A DNA stretch of 58,822 nucleotides, the filler included, from Sphacelaria rigidula (Eukaryota), in the NCBI GenBank assembly GCA_964200075.2. It is 8 parts of 8 records of this genome, joined end to end, with 100 filler letters (N's around TTAATTAATTAA, not from the genome) between each part and the next. Parts side by side here need not be neighbours in the genome. Positions count along the whole stretch, not along the records: positions 7,367 to 14,632 come from CAXNAA020015704.1; positions 14,733 to 21,998 come from CAXNAA020015705.1; positions 22,099 to 29,363 come from CAXNAA020015706.1; 5 more parts are not named here. One strand, 5' to 3'. Below the pieces are notes generated by a model. It did no database searches and had not been told where the DNA came from. It saw nothing but the letters and a program-made list of their open reading frames with translations. Positions within the stretch are counted from its first letter, which is position 1, and every line of letters begins with the position of its first letter. This document shows, piece by piece, positions 13,249-23,471 of this stretch. A program made the translations under genes and the position numbers.

Positions 13249-13418
13249 TGTAATGCGTGATAGAGCGCCTATTTTTTGTACCGAATCGTAGTTCAAAACA
13301 CCCCAGGATCGACATTTTTCGAAACCAATCGGGCTGCAGGGACCAGGCCCCTGACCCTAGCCCCAACACTAACCCCAACGCCAACCCGAACTTTCCGATG
13401 CGGTGAAAAAAGCACGCG
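13249..13418 (-). mobile_element. Telomere-repeat MITE, copy B (degenerate, reverse orientation)
   Basis: Starts TGTAATGCGTGA. Internal gtagttcaaaacacc.caggatcgac...aaaccaatcggg...ccctgaccctagccccaacactaacccc matches the family. Confidence 0.7.
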
Positions 13419-13427
13419 ACGCTTCAG

Positions 13428-14025
13428 TTGTGTGTATTGTCATCCTCCATCTCTTCTGGACGCCGGTCTACACCTTTCACCTTTCGCTATATATGTGGGC
13501 GCACCAGCCGACGTCCCACAGGAGGACGGCCGACATACCCTGAAAGTTTGTTTTGTTGTGTTCATTTCAATTCTCCTTCCTGCGGTGCTCGCTTTGATTT
13601 TTTCGCGAGAGGGGTTCAGATGTCCCTTTTCCTCGTCGAGCATGATTGTAATGCGTGAGAGGACCGCGTGCTTAAAGGACCGCATCGGAATTTGAACATT
13701 GCTATGGTTAGGGTTAGGGGGTCAGGGTTAGTGTTGGGGTTGTAGTCAGGGGCGTGGGACCTGCAGGGACTGACTCGACTGGTTTTGAAAAACGTCGATC
13801 CTGGGGTATTTTGAACCACGGCGCGGTCCTCTAAGCACGCGGTGTTCTCACGCATTATGACAATGATGTCGAATTGTTGTGTACCCACGACATGTCGCTC
13901 TCCACTGTTGGGCATTTGGTGAGAAACTATAACTATTATTCCCGGATCGCTCCGGGATTTGAACCCACAACTCAACCGTCCGAATGTTTCGAAGCTACCA
14001 ACTGAGCTACCGAGGCGACTGGCGA
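13428..14025 (-). mobile_element. SINE family 1, full-length copy interrupted by MITE copy C
   Basis: The minus-strand head gtcgcctcGGTAGCTCAGTTGGTagc...gtgGGTTCAAATCCc contains pol III A and B boxes. The body matches other copies on both sides of the MITE. Confidence 0.8.
13647..13862 (+). mobile_element. Telomere-repeat MITE, copy C (nested in a SINE, TSD ATGAT)
   Basis: Both TIRs are present, the right one with a 3-nt insertion. ATGAT at 13642-13646 and 13863-13867. Confidence 0.85.
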
Positions 14026-14214
14026 CGCTACTGTTACAGTAGATCAGATATTGACAATACAGGTATAGGTATACTAGATGAATGGATAGCTCAACCAAGC
14101 TGTAAGTGTGAAAATAGTGAAGAGCTTTATTCGAAGTGTACAATATGCAGTAGTGGGCGGTCTAACTATTTCGAGGTGTTTGGGGGTTTTCCTTGCGTAC
14201 TACTCTTTGATAGA

Positions 14215-14400
14215 ACTCGAAATTGCTAGCGTCGGAAGATTTTGGCACAAAAAAACAGATAGTCTTCGAAGCACAGTGCCAAAGCCAGTGTTAGTTGGTG
14301 TTATCGGGCGAAACAAGTAAACACCCCGTTTATCAGGAGGGTGTTATTGACCGTAAACAACAGTTTTTCGGCCCTAGTGCACTGAGGCCAACTCTTATGG
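14215..14400 (+). repeat. Dispersed repeat, also at ~31885-32230 and ~32385-32560
   Basis: Shared text gaaa.tgctag.gtcg...cagtgcc.aag...ccccgtttatcaggagggtgttattg.ccg. Confidence 0.7.
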
Positions 14401-14732
14401 GAGCGTTTAGAATTTTGTTTTGCAATAATTTTAAACATTTTTTCTTCTTCTTTGCCGTAGTTGTGTATTCTGTGCCCGTTCACCATGATGACAAAGAAAA
14501 AAAAACGCCTCTGAAATTGTTGCAATCTTTTTTTTCACTCGCTCCCAGAAGAGTTGGCCTGAGGCCGTGTCTTATCAACTTGTTATGGTGTTGAAAACGT
14601 GCGGTCGAATCGAATTCGCTCGTTTCTGAGATNNNNNNNNNNNNNNNNNNNNNNNNNNNNNNNNNNNNNNNNNNNNTTAATTAATTAANNNNNNNNNNNN
14701 NNNNNNNNNNNNNNNNNNNNNNNNNNNNNNNN

Positions 14733-14938
14733 TGCGTGAGAGGACCGCGTGCTTAGAGGACCGCGCGGTAGTTCAAAACACCTCAGGATCGACGTTTTTC
14801 AAAACCAATCGGGTCAGTCCCTGGAGGTACCACGCACCTAACCATAACCCTAACACCAACCCTGACCCTAACCCCAACCATAGAGATGTTCAAATTCCGA
14901 TGCGGTCCTCTAAGCACGCGGTCCTCTCACGCATTACA
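14733..14938 (-). mobile_element. Telomere-repeat MITE, copy D (at contig start)
   Basis: tgcgtgagaggaccgcgtgcttagaggaccgc...cctaaccataaccctaacaccaaccctgaccctaacccc...gcggtcctctaagcacgcggtcctctcacgcattACA. Confidence 0.88.
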
Positions 14939-16431
14939 GTATGGACAGCGACGAAGATCCGATAAATAAATGTGTAGACACGCAAGGAAAGATACGGCGG
15001 TAGACACGGAGAGACGGGGAGCGAGAAGCAGCTACTGGTATATATATACACACAAACACAAACGAAACACTATGCGCAGCCGTGAGAATAGACCGAGACT
15101 TGATGTCTTCATCGCGGAGGTACCCGATCGTTTTGTTTGTCATCATCAGCTCATTTTGTGCTGATGGGAAAGATCGCAGCATTCCATCCGAATCTCGTTT
15201 CTTCGGCCAATTCCGTCATATCTCGAAAAAAATCAAGACTTGGTCTCTCATCCACTTATCATCAATAGAAGGCCGCCTCTGCAGGCAAAGTAAGCGGAAG
15301 ATACGCATACACGCACACATATACAGGCAGATGTAGAGGTAGGGAGAAGCAGATAAGAGATCACCCAGGGAAACGAAGAGATTGAAAGGCAGCAAGGAGG
15401 CGCGACAGCTGCGCTGCCCTATCGACCGTTTTGGAATATGACTGAAAAGGATACACGACCATGCGAACCCTGTCGTGAGGCAATGTGGGCCAGTGTCGTG
15501 GTACAGCGGAAGAAGAGCAAATCTACGGTGTATACCTGCAGCCGGTAAGGTTGAGCCGCAAAACGCGGTAAGCAACCGCAGCACATTCTCGTCTTTCTTC
15601 AAGAAAACTCACCATTGTTGTTGAGACGAAACCGGTTCATCACGAACTAGGTTTTGGCAACTGCCCCGTTTCACATATATGTATATAGTCTATGTAGATT
15701 GTACTTCCACGTGTGCCCGCCACGTCAGATGTTGTGTCCACCCCAGCGAGCAAGGTTGCAGTAGGCAGTGACTCTGGGTGCCTTTCTTGAGAAGCGCACA
15801 GAATTTGATCATGTGTTGAGTAGCAGAATTTGTGGGGGTGGGGGGGCGGGCGTTTCGCAAACGCAGCACGGAACAAACATGCAGTCATTTTCCACACAAA
15901 AACTGCCTTGACGAGATATATTTCACGAATGCGGCCAAAATTCCAGAACTTGTGATGACTTGACCGCGGCTGCTCCCCCCACCACGTCTTTCTTTTTAAC
16001 CTGAAAACAATCTGCGTGGGAATCGAAGACTGTAGAGTAAATGTGTGCGTGAAATTGTGCGCGAGCGTGATGCTTCAAGTAGAAGAGGTGAGCGGGTAAG
16101 AAAAGACCGTCGGAGGCGTCGTCTGTTGCGCTGTTTTTGACGGGACTGTCAGCCTTTTCGCAAAACCCGTCGGACAAAGCTGTGGGAAATTGCTAAAAGG
16201 CCCCTTTAGCAGCAACATTACCCGGTTACTTTTCGCGTCCTCTATCTCACTCTCTCTGCGCAAGCGTGCTGCTCCCTTTCTACCCTTCTCTCGCTGTGCT
16301 GCTGCTGCTGTTATCGATCTGCTCCTCGTGTGTCTCTTGTTGGTGTTACAACTCACCACAGCCAACCACCGCCACACAGCCGTAGTACTGAGTACTGATC
16401 CAGAAGGTGAAGGTGACATTGAGGGTGACTG

Positions 16432-16568
16432 ATGTCCGTGACTGTAGTATCCTACCCACTGGACGTGCATTCCGACGACCGCGAGCGCGTCCTGGGCAAG
16501 GTCCAAGATATAGTCGTGGATCTACTTGATCAACTTGCTGGGGGTGATCTGCCGCGCTTCGATACGGA
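16432..16568 (+). CDS. SPO11-2: SPO11 (SPO11-2 type meiotic topoisomerase-like protein), coding exon 1
   Basis: ATG...GA|gtgagt. Reads MSVTVVSYPLDVHSDDRERVLGKVQDIVVDLLDQLAGGDLPRFDT, which resembles the Spo11 N-terminal helix (vl..ie.lv..ll..l..g..P). Phase 2 matches exon 2. Confidence 0.75.
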
Positions 16569-17872
16569 GTGAGTGCCGAGGTGCTGTAGTACGGTTGATG
16601 GGAGGTCAACGCTGAGGGCATCGCACTGCAGTTGATTTCGCGTGTGACCGCATGATGAGCCGCTATCATATCATTCTGACATTTTATGGTGCAATGATTC
16701 CGTCCGCTGCAGGCGACGTTGGGTTACTTGGCTTTGTATTCGGCAGGCTTGACCACATATAGAGTGCAATGTGTCTAGTGGGCTTCTGCTGTCGTCGTCC
16801 GCGAAATATGTATACTGTACTCCGTACGTTTTTTAGTACCACCTAACTGTCAGCGGCAAGGTAGAGAAACAAGGGAGGAGGGGCATGGATACCTACTGAG
16901 AAAACCTCTTCCCCGCTTGAAGGTGATGCGTAGATTAGAACAAGATATAGGTCGCGGTGTGTGTCTCTGGTCCATGCCCATGAGTGGTGTCGATAGGTTG
17001 TACATAACCCCCTTTAAGGTTTCCTACTGTGGATAAAGTAAGAAGTAGCAACGTCAAAAGACTTCTATACGCATCTCCCATGCCCGCCTCGGTGATGCAT
17101 TTTCGTACGTTTCCGTGCAAAGGTTTATGGCGCTGGCTACTATAGTAAATGCGTCGCCACACTTTCGCGTGCGACATCAGCATTAAACTGATGTGTACCA
17201 CCGTCGCATCATTGACCATCGTCCCTAACCAAGATATTTGGTTGATCTGTTCTTGGCTGACTGCACATACGTCTGCAATAATAGTAACGAGGAAAGCGGA
17301 AGGACTGGGAGCTGTACATGTATCTCTTGCGAAAACTACAATTTTCTAAGTAGGGCACTTACCGAGCGTGCTGTTCAACGCGTGACTGCATGAAAATAAA
17401 AAGATGCTCCATAATACAACGTTAGGGTCAACAGCGACAGACACGAGGACTACCTCGAAGAAGATGGCGCACGCCATGTCGGCGAGGGGACAGCAGGTAG
17501 CAACCGGTGAGACATGTGATGCTGTTGGCTCCGGATCCTTTCGAAGCGGTCCGCGAAACTCGATCACCATCGCTGTTATGGCTTTTTGAAGTGGTCACAC
17601 TAGCAGTACAATCAAGATCACCGAAATGCTAGACTTGCTACCGGAGGAGCTTATGATTACCTGCTGGAACTATTATTATCGACACTGTTTTTTGGACATC
17701 TCCGAAATTCTCGGGACGAGCAAAATTCCTGATTCTCGAATGCTTGTTAGGGCGCCACGGCATATTCACAGGGCAGCTCTCCGATGCTGCGTTGCAATCC
17801 AATTTTTTGGAGTTCTCCAAAAATGAAGCTTCGGAGAAAAAAATGAAGCCGCTTCATTCTCGGAGAAGTCTA

Positions 17873-18083
17873 TGTAATGTGTGAGAGGACCGCGTGCTTA
17901 GAGGACCGCGCCGTAGTTCAAAATACCTCAGGATCGACGTTTTCCAAAACCAATCGGGTCAGTCCCTACAGGTACCACGCCCCTGACCCTAACCCCAACA
18001 CTAACTCTAACCCTAACCGTAACCATAGGGGTGTTCAAATGCCGATGCTGTCCTCTAAGCACGCGGTCCTCTCACGCATTACA
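17873..18083 (-). mobile_element. Telomere-repeat MITE, copy E (complete, TSD GTCTA), in SPO11 intron 1
   Basis: TGTAATG...CATTACA with GTCTA at 17868-17872 and 18084-18088. Internal ccctgaccctaaccccaacactaactctaaccctaaccgtaacc. Confidence 0.92.
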
Positions 18084-18139
18084 GTCTACACCCAGAAACC
18101 GAAAAGTCGCACATTTTGACATTCCTGCCCTCAGAAAAA

Positions 18140-18328
18140 AGAGGACCGCATCGGAATTTGAGCATCCCCATGGTTAGGGTTAGGGTTAGGGTTAGGGTAG
18201 TGTTGGGGTTATGGTCAGGGGCGTGGTATCTGCAGGGACTGGCCCGATTGGTTTTGAAAAACATCGATCCTGCGGTGTTTTGAACCACGGCGCGGTCCTC
18301 TAAGCACGCGGTCCTCTCACGCATTACA
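18140..18328 (+). mobile_element. Telomere-repeat MITE, copy F (left TIR truncated), in SPO11 intron 1
   Basis: agaggaccgcatcggaattt...gg(ttaggg)x4...gcggtcctctaagcacgcggtcctctcacgcattACA. Confidence 0.88.
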
Positions 18329-18688
18329 GCCCCAGTGGCTCAGTTGGTAAACTCGACACCTTGTGACGGTTGGCTCGTGGGTAAAAATCTTGGCACAATC
18401 TGGGATTTTTTCTCACACCATGCCCAACACTGGGCAACAACTATGTCGTGGGCACAGAAAATTCGACTTAAGGGTCGACGAGGGAAATGGATTGCTGTAC
18501 CACCCCTCTCGCGATAAAACTTGAAGGCAAGCACCGCAGAAGGAAGGTGGGATACTAAAACAAAGCAAAAATCTCCTGTGCTGACCTTCCTCCTGTGTGA
18601 CCCCGGCTGGTGCGCCCACATGTACCGAAATGTGTAGACCGGCGTCCAGAGTAGATGGGACGACAACACAAAACACACAACAACGCAC
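18329..18688 (+). mobile_element. SINE family 1, near full-length copy
   Basis: A box GTGGCTCAGTTGGT, a decayed B box, the conserved body and an acaacacaaaacacacaacaac tail. Confidence 0.82.
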
Positions 18689-19374
18689 TTATGGGCTGTT
18701 GCTTCCCATACACTTGAACAGAAAACTATATGAAATCATGAGGTACACTGAAATGAGCTTCAAGCCCAAAACAACAGTGCTTTCCCCACATTTACAGCGA
18801 TGGTGCCCGATGACTTTTTTGTCGGCCTACTGCTCCTCGATCGCGTAGATATTTTTTCAGCGCATTTTACCGACTCTGTGAGATTACAGCGCTGACCGAA
18901 GCCCTCTTTTTCCTTTTGTCGTTTAACATGAAATTCCGCTCATAATTCGCTTTGTATATTGCAACTACGGTGTGCACGAACGCGTTCAAGAGAGATGGTC
19001 ACCCTGGACACAACACGGACGGACACATGCCGCACGTTTTAAGCTCCCTGTCCCTCGCGATAAGTCCGTGGCCTCAAGGGATCAACCCATCCCTCCCCCG
19101 ATACATACCTGGCACTTCGGTGTCGTGAGTTAAACCAGTAGAGTACTTACGTACCCCGTCGGTGTTGTCAATATTTTCTCGCCGCTACTACGTCCTCACG
19201 TTTTCGACGGCGAAAGTAAGAGATTCCCTAGAAGAGAACCGTAGAGATTCTAATTTTCTGGGAATCATCTCTACAACGCCTCCTTGACCGGCTTTGAGAC
19301 GTACCAGCTAGACCACTCGCAATATATTTTGATACCAAAATCTGACGTGTGTGCTCCTGAAGAACGTTTGCCAG

Positions 19375-19452
19375 AGAGATCGTCGTGCCTCGGGTGGGCG
19401 CAGACGAAAAAGAGATTGCGAGAGCCATGAGCGCCTGTGCCAGCTACACAAG
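19375..19452 (+). CDS. SPO11-2: SPO11 exon 2
   Basis: tttgccag|A...AG|gtaagt. Reads EIVVPRVGADEKEIARAMSACASYT(S). Phase 2/2 links exons 1 and 3 in frame. Confidence 0.75.
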
Positions 19453-19784
19453 GTAAGTTATTTTGGTTTGAACGGTTGGCGGTTCACCACCACAATGGAA
19501 CCAGGTGAAGTGCCTCAACTCCAGTGCTTTTGTTCGGGTGCACGAATAGATCAGTTGAACACCGAAGTTTTTCATCGTAGTATGCGCAGGATGGCATTGC
19601 TACGGGTGGTCATACCGCTCGTCAACTAACTCTGACGACTACCCTGGAGTATTTCAAGGGATGCGTGCACACAGTGTTGAGAATCCTGAAGCAAGCACCG
19701 ACATGAATGCCATTGTTTCTACTCATGAATACATTATTTGTATGTTCTCTCGAAGGACACGCTCGCTCCCCGACGGGAACACAC

Positions 19785-20001
19785 TATAATGCGTGAGAGG
19801 ACCGCGTGCTTAGAGGACCGCATCGGAATTTGAACATCCCCATGGTTAGGGTTAGGGTTAGGGCCAAGGTTAGTGTTAGGGTTATGGTCAGGTGCATGGT
19901 ACCTGCAGGGACTGGCCCGATTGGTTTTGAAAAACGTCGATCTTGAGGTGATTTGAACCACGGCGCGATCCTCTAAGCACGCAGTCCTCTCACGCATTAC
20001 A
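19785..20001 (+). mobile_element. Telomere-repeat MITE, copy G (complete, TSD CACAC), in SPO11 intron 2
   Basis: TATAATGCGTGAGAGG...CTCACGCATTACA, with CACAC at 19780-19784 and 20002-20006. Internal (ttaggg)x3 plus variants. Confidence 0.92.
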
Positions 20002-20376
20002 CACACTAAAAGGGCGGCCATGTGAAAACGACATATCCCCGCATGACTGTAGTCACTTGAAGTACCCCCTCCCGTTAGCTGAACAAGCAGGTGGGTATAC
20101 ATTCTTAGCATATAGAGCTATATGCATTTGCGCACATTTAGCGAACGCATTTAACAGCACTCGTTCTATATCTGTTCCAGGCGCGTCAAGCAACTTAGTT
20201 GAGCCGAACATAGCACTCTGGCACCGGTATGAAATCTAAGGTCGCGCACTTTGAAATGGGGACATTCATTGCAACAAGCTCGCGCACTCACTCCATTTCA
20301 GAGTTGGATACCTCTTTCACTCCGTGCGTACGTTTCGCTTTCTTCGATGTTAACGTTATATCCAACCGGCGCGCAG

Positions 20377-20479
20377 CGTTCTATGCGTGTTGAGCTTCTC
20401 GTTGCGCCTGCTGGAGAACCGTAAGACGGCCACGCAACGGGAGATTTACTACACCTTCGTGAAGCACTTTACTTCTCAG
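20377..20479 (+). CDS. SPO11-2: SPO11 exon 3 (winged-helix/5Y-CAP domain with catalytic tyrosine motif)
   Basis: gcgcag|C...CAG|gtgtcg. Reads VLCVLSFSLRLLENRKTATQREIYYTFVKHFTSQ, matching the Spo11 T-x-R-[DE]-x-[YF]-Y...F-x-x-Q motif. Confidence 0.9.
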
Positions 20480-20621
20480 GTGTCGCCAATCTGTCCTGTT
20501 TCGGGTGCTGATGATATACGACCACCGATAATGCTGCCCATTTCACATCATGCCCCTCATCACATCAATGATAGCACGCCGGGTGGTTAATCAACAGAGA
20601 GTTTGGCATGATGGACGTCAT

Positions 20622-20832
20622 CGTGATACGTGAGAGGACCGCGTGCTTAGAGGACCGCATCGAAACTTGAACATCCCTATGGTAAGGGTCAGGATCAGGG
20701 TCAGGGTTAGGGTTACGGTCAGGGGTGTGGTACTTGCAGGGACTGGTCCGATTGGTTTTGAAATACGTCCATCCTAAGGTGTTTTGAACTACGGCGCGGT
20801 CCTCTTAGCACGCGGTCCTCTCACGCATTACA
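20622..20832 (+). mobile_element. Telomere-repeat MITE, copy H (TSD GTCAT/GCCAT), in SPO11 intron 3
   Basis: Both TIRs are present and the flanks match at 4 of 5 bases. Internal gtaagggtcaggatcaggggtcagggttagggttacggtcagggg. Confidence 0.88.
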
Positions 20833-21105
20833 GCCATCTCCTTGATGTTAGGACGCGGTATGGGTGACGAAATAGAGAGGTGTTTTTGTAATGCAGATAT
20901 CCCTATCGTTCACATAACGCATTAGAGCAGCACTTCGTTTCGACACATTCGAGAAGATGAGAATCCGGGAACGCGCGCTATTGCTAGTTGCGACTGTCGC
21001 TGTGGTTGGGTTGCCGATGAATTTCTGACCAAATTCAAAATAACGGGCCCTTGTCTGATCACGTAAACCCGCACACAACATCGTCATTCCGCTCCCTTTC
21101 TACAG

Positions 21106-21225
21106 AGCCAGTGCAACGATGCTATCTTGGATTGTTGCGCATTGCTTAGAGAGCCTCGTCACTGCCTCGGTATTGTCGCTAGCTCGAGAGGCTACCTGGC
21201 TGGTAGAATCTCAATCCGTGGACAG
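21106..21225 (+). CDS. SPO11-2: SPO11 exon 4. The gene continues beyond the contig end and the TOPRIM domain is not in this window
   Basis: tttctacag|...CAG|gtatgc. Reads SQCNDAILDCCALLREPRHCLGIVASSRGYLAGRISIRGQ. TQRE plus LGIxASSRG..AGR fits the SPO11-2 clade better than TOP6A/SPO11-3. Confidence 0.9.
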
Positions 21226-22098
21226 GTATGCGGACGGTATGATATAGTCAAGCAGTCACATTTGTGCTCCTCGCCGCAAAGGTACCCAGTACAATATTTA
21301 TGATGAATCGTTAATTATACACTCTGGGCAGGCTCTGGATCCCTTTGCTTCACTGGATATCCGCCGTAGTAGGGGGGACGACAAGAAGCATAGTAACCCT
21401 CACTGTGCCATATCAAACGGCGATGGTGCCTTTGGTTCGAAATGCGCTAATGCAAACGGCTTAACTACGCCCCCACCACTACACCCCCACCACGATCGCG
21501 CAGGCAGTATGCGCTAGAAAAGACAGCGTAAATATTGTTCTAGTTCAAGCGGGGAGCCCCCGGGTTGTTTATACACATTTTCCCGTGAGAGGTGCAGAGC
21601 ACGAACATCGTGACGTTAAAATGTCCATATATCGATAGTAGTAGTAGAGGCACCAGAATTTTCACATGACCTGCAAGTTGTGTCCACTTGGGTTGACCCT
21701 TAGACGTCGAAAGTTGGTCATCTAACAGCGGATTCTCGAAAACGAGGTTGAAAAACAAATGAGGTTCAATCCAAAAACCGTGCTTTCCCTGACCTGAATT
21801 CATGACCAGTGACTTCCACATTGCCCTCAAAATATTTCGAGGGATTTCTAGTCTTCCGTTCCCCTAAAGGGTATGTGCGAAAGCACACTTTTTTTGCCTC
21901 GATTTCGGGGTAAAAAAAAGACGTTTTAACAACAAATTGTGAGAATTGAGGTTTAACTTCGAGATGAGGCTCAAGCCTAAAACAGTGCTTTCCCCACANN
22001 NNNNNNNNNNNNNNNNNNNNNNNNNNNNNNNNNNNNNNNNNNTTAATTAATTAANNNNNNNNNNNNNNNNNNNNNNNNNNNNNNNNNNNNNNNNNNNN

Positions 22099-22245
22099 GG
22101 GTGGGGGGGGTGGGAGGGTGGTGGGGGGGGGGGGTGGGGTGTGGTTGGGGGGGGGGGTGGGGGGGGGTGCTCATTTGTTGCTTGCCTTAGCTCGTTTGAC
22201 CATTGACAACGCGTCCCTTTCGAGACGGAGCGAGTACACCGAGAG
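22099..22245 (-). repeat. Dispersed repeat attached to a poly(G)/poly(C) tract (also 44895-45068 and 58695-58822)
   Basis: G-tract followed by ...tttgttgcttgccttag.tcgt.tgaccattgac.acgc.tccctttcgagacggag. Three copies, the last in reverse complement. Confidence 0.8.
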
Positions 22246-22918
22246 AGGGATAGGTTAATACCTTGGAATCACGATCATCCTTTTGGTATATGTGGTGGGC
22301 GCATCAGCCGGGGTCACACAGGAGGAAGGCCAACACAGGACCTCTTCTCCCGATGGCTACCGTTATATGTTGTATTGTCAGAATGGCATGGAAGCACACT
22401 ACAAAATATCGACTTTTGAGTCTCAACAGTTTTATTGCAATTGAGCTGTGCCTTGAACTGGGCCACAGACTGTATTCGCATCTCCTAAATCGTTCTCATC
22501 CGACTCGTTCGCTCCTTTCACGCTGAAGCAATCCCCTCTGAAGATGCATTCCGAGGGGCCAACGCGTCGAGGGATTGTGACCTTTGTTCCTGCGAAGCGG
22601 TGCACGTCTTGATATGTGCTTTCCTACCAAATAGATGCCGTCTCGGATACCTCCTTGCTGCTTCACCTTCGTGATACTGATACTACTAGCAATACGTCGG
22701 AAATCGCACTTGAATTGATTATCTTCATCAATGGTCAGGGTAGGGTACTCAACCGGAGGTACCCAGGATTCCAGGGTATTTTGGAGTGTACCCGGTACTC
22801 CAGGGTGTATCCAGGTTACATACTTCCCGAAATACCCTACTCTGAACCCCCCCAATCCTAACCACGTGTGGCACTTTTGTCTTCCCGCTCGCTACAAACA
22901 AACATTGCTGAATGGCAG

Positions 22919-23158
22919 ATCTTTGAGCTCCAGTCTGCGCTGCTGGAGGAAGATGTAACAGAGGCGCTACTGCACGAGTGCACGCTGTGGTTTCGGCCGA
23001 AGCATTTGCAAGATATCATTACGGAGAGGAGTGAGGCCGAAGGGATATGTGGATGGCCGGGTTGCCGCAATTCTCTGCCTAGACTGACGGCGGCGCGAAT
23101 GCTCAATGAGTCAGAGGGAGGGGAGTCGGAAAGATTTTGCCGCCGAGCGTGTGCAGCG
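22919..23158 (+). CDS. RPAP2: Rtr1/RPAP2-family RNA polymerase II CTD phosphatase homolog, zinc-finger exon (5' exons not identified)
   Basis: aatggcag|ATC...GCG|gtgggt, 80 codons. LLEEDVTEALL...PKHLQDIITERSEAEGICGWPGCRNSL...RFCRRAC matches the Rtr1/RPAP2 D-x-x-x-ER...CG[YW]P-x-C...FC-x3-C motif. Confidence 0.8.
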
Positions 23159-23471
23159 GTGGGTGCTTTTTCGCATGCCTTGGCTCACGGGGGGAAGTAG
23201 GCACTGCCCTCGGCGTGCAGGGGCCTTGTCTTGAATTGTTCGGATGCGTGTGTGGACGGCGGGTTGGTATATTGGGCGGATGCTGACTTCGAAGGAGTTG
23301 ATGGCAATAGCCTCTGGCACCGGTCCGTGCTATCTACTTCGCCATGGAATTGTTTTGCTATATAATAGCTGCATGCTATACCCCGCCATTCATTTTTCCG
23401 CCGTTCCTATTTCAAACCTTGTTTTCTTCATCGCGGCTGTCGTGTGGTTTTGCTGGTTCGTTCAAGTGCAG

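Noticed and set aside
13955-14025. tRNA gene candidates at SINE heads
   Set aside because: A and B boxes are present, but there is no convincing cloverleaf and each runs into a shared repeat body.
17877-18324. Recurring ORFs MRERTACLEDRAVVQNT...PNPNPN in several places
   Set aside because: They are translations of the MITE TIR and hexamer array. The frames and stops differ between copies.
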